From Candidatus Thorarchaeota archaeon (GTDB lineage: Archaea; Asgardarchaeota; Thorarchaeia; Thorarchaeales; Thorarchaeaceae): DNA of 10,908 bases. This document shows positions 7,770 through 10,908 of the stretch, piece after piece. The notes beneath the pieces were generated by a model. That model saw only the letters and a program-made list of their open reading frames with translations, searched no databases and was not told the origin of the DNA. Where the stretch lies: the NCBI GenBank assembly GCA_048882385.1, contig JBHLRQ010000086.1:1-10908 (forward strand). Direction: 5' to 3'. The stretch's first letter is position 1, and each line of letters begins with the position of its first letter. Position numbers and translations under genes: made by a program.

Positions 7770-8888
7770 ATGGGGCACGACATGCCAGAAGCGACGTTTG
7801 TAGTTCATCTAGACGATTTTCAAGGGTTCATTGTTAAACAACGACATCCTATGACATTAACACTTAATGAGAAGGTCCTGAATCTAGTCTTTGAGAAACA
7901 ACAGAAAGAGAAACAGGACTTGATCTTGGCTGAAATTGAAGGATTAAGAATTGCAATCTTCAGTTCTTCAGAATATCCTGGTTGGATGGTTTGTTCTTTA
8001 CTTGGACCTGAAGAGGATTTCGAAGAAGGTCGTTCAAGAATAGCTGGTTCAGGGAGACTAATCCTTGCATTAATGAGTGAAGATGCTGAAGCTGTTAATC
8101 TTGAAGAGCTAGTAAACAGTGGCAGCGTTCTGAAAGAAAAGAGTGAAGAACAGAAATTGGCAAGCGTCTTTCTAACACCATCTTCAGCACTATTGCTAGA
8201 ACGAATGCAAGCTGAAGGTGTAGAGAAGGCTGCTAAGCTATCAATCTGGTTAAAAAATCAAGTGCAGGACGAGGTGGATTTGCGTGAAGCTATGGCACCT
8301 CTCATGAATTCAGGAATAGTCAAAGTTGAGTTAATTGGAAAGACTGCGGAAACAGTTTTCCTTGTCAAAGATATTTTCGGGTACCGCGCTCCTCCAGTTG
8401 ATTCAATATTGAAGACAAAGCAGAAGTCACCAAATATCGAAGAGAGATACAGAGAATTTGTGACCCAATTCTTTTCACCACCGCCTCCTAACAAAGGCTA
8501 TAATCCAACTATTCCTGTTGATGATCCAAACTCCCCAATTCTTGAGGATCGAGAGAAGATATCGCGACTCATAGCTGATAGTTTGAACTATATGGTACTT
8601 GATACATTAAGAGCTGAACCTCTTACAACGAGCGAAATCTCTGAAAGGACAGCCTTGCCGGAATCAGTTGTAATGAATGTACTCTGGTCATTAGAGTCAG
8701 AAAAAGTTGTGGTACATTTCACTGAAGAAAGTCTCTGGGCATTACTTACGGACCCTAGAATTGAATCTTTCATTCCTGAATATGTTCTCCCACTTATCGC
8801 TAAGAAGGTATCAGAGAAAGAAATAACACCTCAAGTTGCACGCAGACATCTTGAGCTCTTGATTCAGAATTGTGGTGATGTGCAGTGA
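7770..8888 (+). CDS. Longin/uDENN-like N-terminal domain + tandem winged-helix protein (NPRL2/3-like architecture); putative small-GTPase regulator
   Basis: The N-terminus FVVHLDDFQGFIVKQRHP resembles the hydrophobic-strand-D-x3-G-x-hydrophobic-x3-P start of NPRL2/uDENN longin domains. There is a wH-like segment at about 8170-8370 (...LREAMAPLMNSGIVKVE) and an ArsR-like wH at about 8560-8720 (VLDTLRAEPLTTSEISERTALPESVVMNVLWSLESEKVV). Its stop overlaps the next start (GTGA). The CDS is secure but the domain call is inferred. An alternative start is at 7782. Confidence 0.6.
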   Translation: MGHDMPEATFVVHLDDFQGFIVKQRHPMTLTLNEKVLNLVFEKQQKEKQDLILAEIEGLRIAIFSSSEYPGWMVCSLLGPEEDFEEGRSRIAGSGRLILALMSEDAEAVNLEELVNSGSVLKEKSEEQKLASVFLTPSSALLLERMQAEGVEKAAKLSIWLKNQVQDEVDLREAMAPLMNSGIVKVELIGKTAETVFLVKDIFGYRAPPVDSILKTKQKSPNIEERYREFVTQFFSPPPPNKGYNPTIPVDDPNSPILEDREKISRLIADSLNYMVLDTLRAEPLTTSEISERTALPESVVMNVLWSLESEKVVVHFTEESLWALLTDPRIESFIPEYVLPLIAKKVSEKEITPQVARRHLELLIQNCGDVQ

Positions 8889-9736
8889 TTAGAAGCGTCT
8901 ATGTTCTTGGTGAACAGGGAAATATGCTTTATTCCAAGGATTATGCCAAGAGTGAGTCTAAAGCCAACTTAGTTGAGTTCCTTGTCAACCTTACACATTT
9001 TCTCAAAACAGTTGATCTTGAAAACAAGACTGAATTCATGAATGTGGCAATCTCGAGAATCTTTTTTGCACAGAGGGATATTTTCACTTTCATGTTCGTT
9101 GCTGACAAGGCTGATGATTCGACACAGATTGAGGAAAAGATGGACCAGCTTGTTGATTCATTCATGAGGGATTATGCAAACCTGGCAACCGCAAATCAGC
9201 CACTTGATGGATTTGATGAGAAAGTGGATGAGATTGCAGTCACAATGGTCAAAGTCGCAATTCTTGGATTTGCAGGAGTTGGAAAAACAACAACACTACA
9301 CTTGTTGCGTGGAGAAACCCTGCCACTTGTTCACGATCCGACTATTGGTGTTAGTATAAAGAAATTACCAGAAGAGGTCGAAAACGCAAACATTGTGCTT
9401 TGGGACCTTGCGGGTCAGTCACGATTCAGCATCCTTTGGGCAAAAATGATTGCTAATGCGCAGGTTGTCATTATTGTGACTGATAGTACACTTGAAAATG
9501 TCCTTAGGAGTAAGAAGCTTGTAACTCTGGTTAAAGATGAGGTTCCTGATGCAAAAGTCATTGGAATTGCAAACAAACAGGACTTACCTACAGCCTTGAC
9601 TCCTGAACGAGTAGGTCAGATTCTTAGCATTCCAACATACGAACTTGTAGCCATCGATATCTCCTATAGAGATCGTCTGATTCAGATTATAAGAAGAGCC
9701 ATTCTAGAAGGCAAAGCAGAGGCAAAAGCTGCATAA
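8885..9736 (+). CDS. Longin-domain-fused Arf-family (Arf-related) small GTPase
   Basis: G1 GFAGVGKT (9266-9289), G2 PTIG (9338-9349), G3 WDLAGQ (9401-9418) and G4 NKQD (9572-9583). The N-terminal ~120 aa begin MIRSVYVLGEQGNMLYSKDY, matching the start of sigma/mu-adaptin/SRX-type longin domains. Confidence 0.88.
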   Translation: MIRSVYVLGEQGNMLYSKDYAKSESKANLVEFLVNLTHFLKTVDLENKTEFMNVAISRIFFAQRDIFTFMFVADKADDSTQIEEKMDQLVDSFMRDYANLATANQPLDGFDEKVDEIAVTMVKVAILGFAGVGKTTTLHLLRGETLPLVHDPTIGVSIKKLPEEVENANIVLWDLAGQSRFSILWAKMIANAQVVIIVTDSTLENVLRSKKLVTLVKDEVPDAKVIGIANKQDLPTALTPERVGQILSIPTYELVAIDISYRDRLIQIIRRAILEGKAEAKAA

Positions 9737-9775
9737 TCAGTGTGTGAATACTCAAAATCTGACGTGTATGCATCA

Positions 9776-9792
9776 AGGCAAAGGTTAAGAAC
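9776..9792 (+). promoter_or_regulatory. Putative archaeal BRE/TATA promoter for the 9838 gene
   Basis: GCAAAGGTTAAGA lies in a 101-bp intergenic gap about 50 nt upstream of ATG 9838. An SD-like AGGTGA is at 9827-9832. Confidence 0.4.
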
Positions 9793-9837
9793 CCAATAGA
9801 AAGAAGTAACCCAAACAGCCGCCTATAGGTGACAATA

Positions 9838-10431
9838 ATGTCCTTTGACTTAGATGGAATTATGGCAAAACTCAAAGAAATTGAAGGATTCGCAGAAAAT
9901 GTTGCTGAAACCAAGAGGCTTGCAGACAACTTGGCTGAGAACTTTGCCAAGATGAAGATGTCAATAAATCAGACAATCAACGATAGCTTCACTGAGATAG
10001 CAAACCAAATTGATACTTTGCGTAAGAATATGGAAAAGATGGAGAGCGTCAAGACAGAAGCCCCAAAAGCTGAAGCTCCGGCACCGGCAGAAACCACAAC
10101 ACCGGCGCCCGCGCCGGAGGTTCCGCCAGCTCCAGAGCCAACTCCTGAGGCAACTCCTGAACCAATTGCAAAACCTGTTCCTGAACCAACTCCGGAGCCC
10201 GCACCGGCAGCTGAACCTGAACCAGCTCCTGCTGTAGAAGCTGCACCAGCTGAAGGAAACGATCAGATGGACTTTTTGCTTCAACAAAAGGACAGATTGA
10301 AGGCTCAATTAACTGACTTGCGATTTGATTACATGCGAGGATACATTCCTGAGGATGAGTACAAGACAAAAGAATCAGACCTTGATACACAACTTGAGGA
10401 TGTAGACAAGCAGATAGCTGCTTTGAAATAG
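9838..10431 (+). CDS. Coiled-coil protein with a Pro/Ala/Glu-rich linker and a C-terminal helical hairpin (SHOCT/CdvA-C-like)
   Basis: The N-terminal ~70 aa form a heptad helix, followed by a ~60-aa PAPEPTPE-type linker. The C-terminus is LTDLRFDYMRGYIPEDEYKTKESDLDTQL (G-x-I-x-E-x-E-Y turn). The ATG at 9838 is preceded by AGGTGA, so it is preferred to GTG 9829. Confidence 0.8.
   Translation: MSFDLDGIMAKLKEIEGFAENVAETKRLADNLAENFAKMKMSINQTINDSFTEIANQIDTLRKNMEKMESVKTEAPKAEAPAPAETTTPAPAPEVPPAPEPTPEATPEPIAKPVPEPTPEPAPAAEPEPAPAVEAAPAEGNDQMDFLLQQKDRLKAQLTDLRFDYMRGYIPEDEYKTKESDLDTQLEDVDKQIAALK
10067..10254 (+). repeat. Low-complexity Pro/Ala/Glu/Thr coding repeats (PEPTPE, PAP)
   Basis: Imperfect short repeats such as ccagagccaactcctgag and cctgaaccaactccggag; locally GC-rich. 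Confidence 0.65.
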
Positions 10432-10569
10432 GTTCATATCAATACAATTTGGCTCGCATTCGAAGCTCATTGAGCCTTCAATAAAAGAGTGCGAAGCCTA
10501 ACTCTCTTTATACTTTGATAATTCTCTGAGAAGAGATTTCCAAGTGCACAAGTCAATACCTGCGAAGAA

Positions 10570-10908
10570 CTACTCTTTCTTCTTAGTAGTTTTTTTGGCT
10601 GACTTCTTTTCATCAGCCTTCTTCTTTGTTGTTGCTTTTTTAGCAGGCTTCTTTTCATCAGCCTTCTTCTTGGGAGCTTCCTTCTTTTTCGTTTCCTTCT
10701 TGGCCGGAGCTTTCTTCTTCTTCTCCTCCTTCTTAGCAGGAGCTTTCTTCTTTGGAGCTTCCTTCTTCTTCTCCTCCTTCTTAGCAGGAGCTTTCTTCTT
10801 TGGAGCTTCCTTCTTCTTCTCCTCCTTCTTGGCAGGAGCTTTCTTCTTTGGAGCTTCCTTCTTCTTCTCCTCCTTCTTGGCAGGAGCTTTCTTCTTTGGA
10901 GCTTCCTT
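10570..10908 (-). CDS. 3' end of a gene with a Lys/Ala/Glu/Pro-rich repetitive tail (5'-partial; not in ORF track)
   Basis: The minus strand from 10908 translates without a stop as (KEAPKKKAPAKKEEKK)x4 KKAPAKKETKKKEAPKKKADEKKPAKKATTKKKADEKKSAKKTTKKKE, followed by TAG at 10572-10570. Variation between repeat units is synonymous in this frame. Confidence 0.85.
   Translation of the reverse strand, partial: KEAPKKKAPAKKEEKKKEAPKKKAPAKKEEKKKEAPKKKAPAKKEEKKKEAPKKKAPAKKEEKKKKAPAKKETKKKEAPKKKADEKKPAKKATTKKKADEKKSAKKTTKKKE
10717..10908 (-). repeat. 48-bp tandem repeat, at least 4 copies
   Basis: Units are 10717-10764, 10765-10812, 10813-10860 and 10861-10908. They are identical except for GCT (first two) versus GCC (last two) at one Ala codon. 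Degenerate copies continue to about 10573. Confidence 0.95.

Noticed and set aside
717-10390. Short antisense/overlapping ORFs in the track (e.g. 717-965, 1798-2004, 2420-2807, 3620-3955, 5275-6000, 6598-6954, 7207-7500, 8258-8773, 9687-10390)
   Set aside because: These are shadow ORFs lying on or across well-supported genes, with no recognisable motifs.
10462-10479. Weak hairpin GAAGCTCATTGAGCCTTC between convergent genes
   Set aside because: The stem is short and bulged, and archaeal termination does not generally require hairpins, so there is not enough support to call a terminator.
10467-10658. 63-aa minus-strand ORF from the track
   Set aside because: It is an out-of-frame reading of the Lys-rich tail; the frame ending at TAG 10570 explains the repeats better.
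10717-10908. Possible CRISPR array
   Set aside because: The units are contiguous with no unique spacers, the length is a multiple of 3, and the variation is synonymous, so this is a coding tandem repeat.

Overview
Gene-dense archaeal window whose content points to an Asgard archaeon (possibly Thorarchaeia; inferred from gene content, not proven). The left half is mostly housekeeping: the 3' part of a hydantoinase B/5-oxoprolinase gene, a basic hypothetical protein, archaeal glutamyl-tRNA synthetase (gltX), a small Cys-rich protein with an acidic tail, and a YdjM/DUF457-type membrane metallohydrolase. The right half (4905-10431) is a divergent cluster of eukaryotic-signature-like genes. It contains a ~770-aa coiled-coil + Ig/transthyretin-like + ESCRT-II Vps22/EAP30-like fusion, a multi-zinc-finger (B-box-like) protein, a longin-like + tandem winged-helix protein (NPRL2/uDENN-like architecture) overlapping a longin-Arf-family GTPase fusion, and a coiled-coil/Pro-rich/SHOCT- or CdvA-like protein. 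The window ends inside a minus-strand CDS, missed by the ORF track, made of 48-bp tandem repeats encoding a Lys-rich tail. I recognised no RNA genes, CRISPR arrays or mobile elements. All domain calls are by-eye motif recognition; no searches were run.
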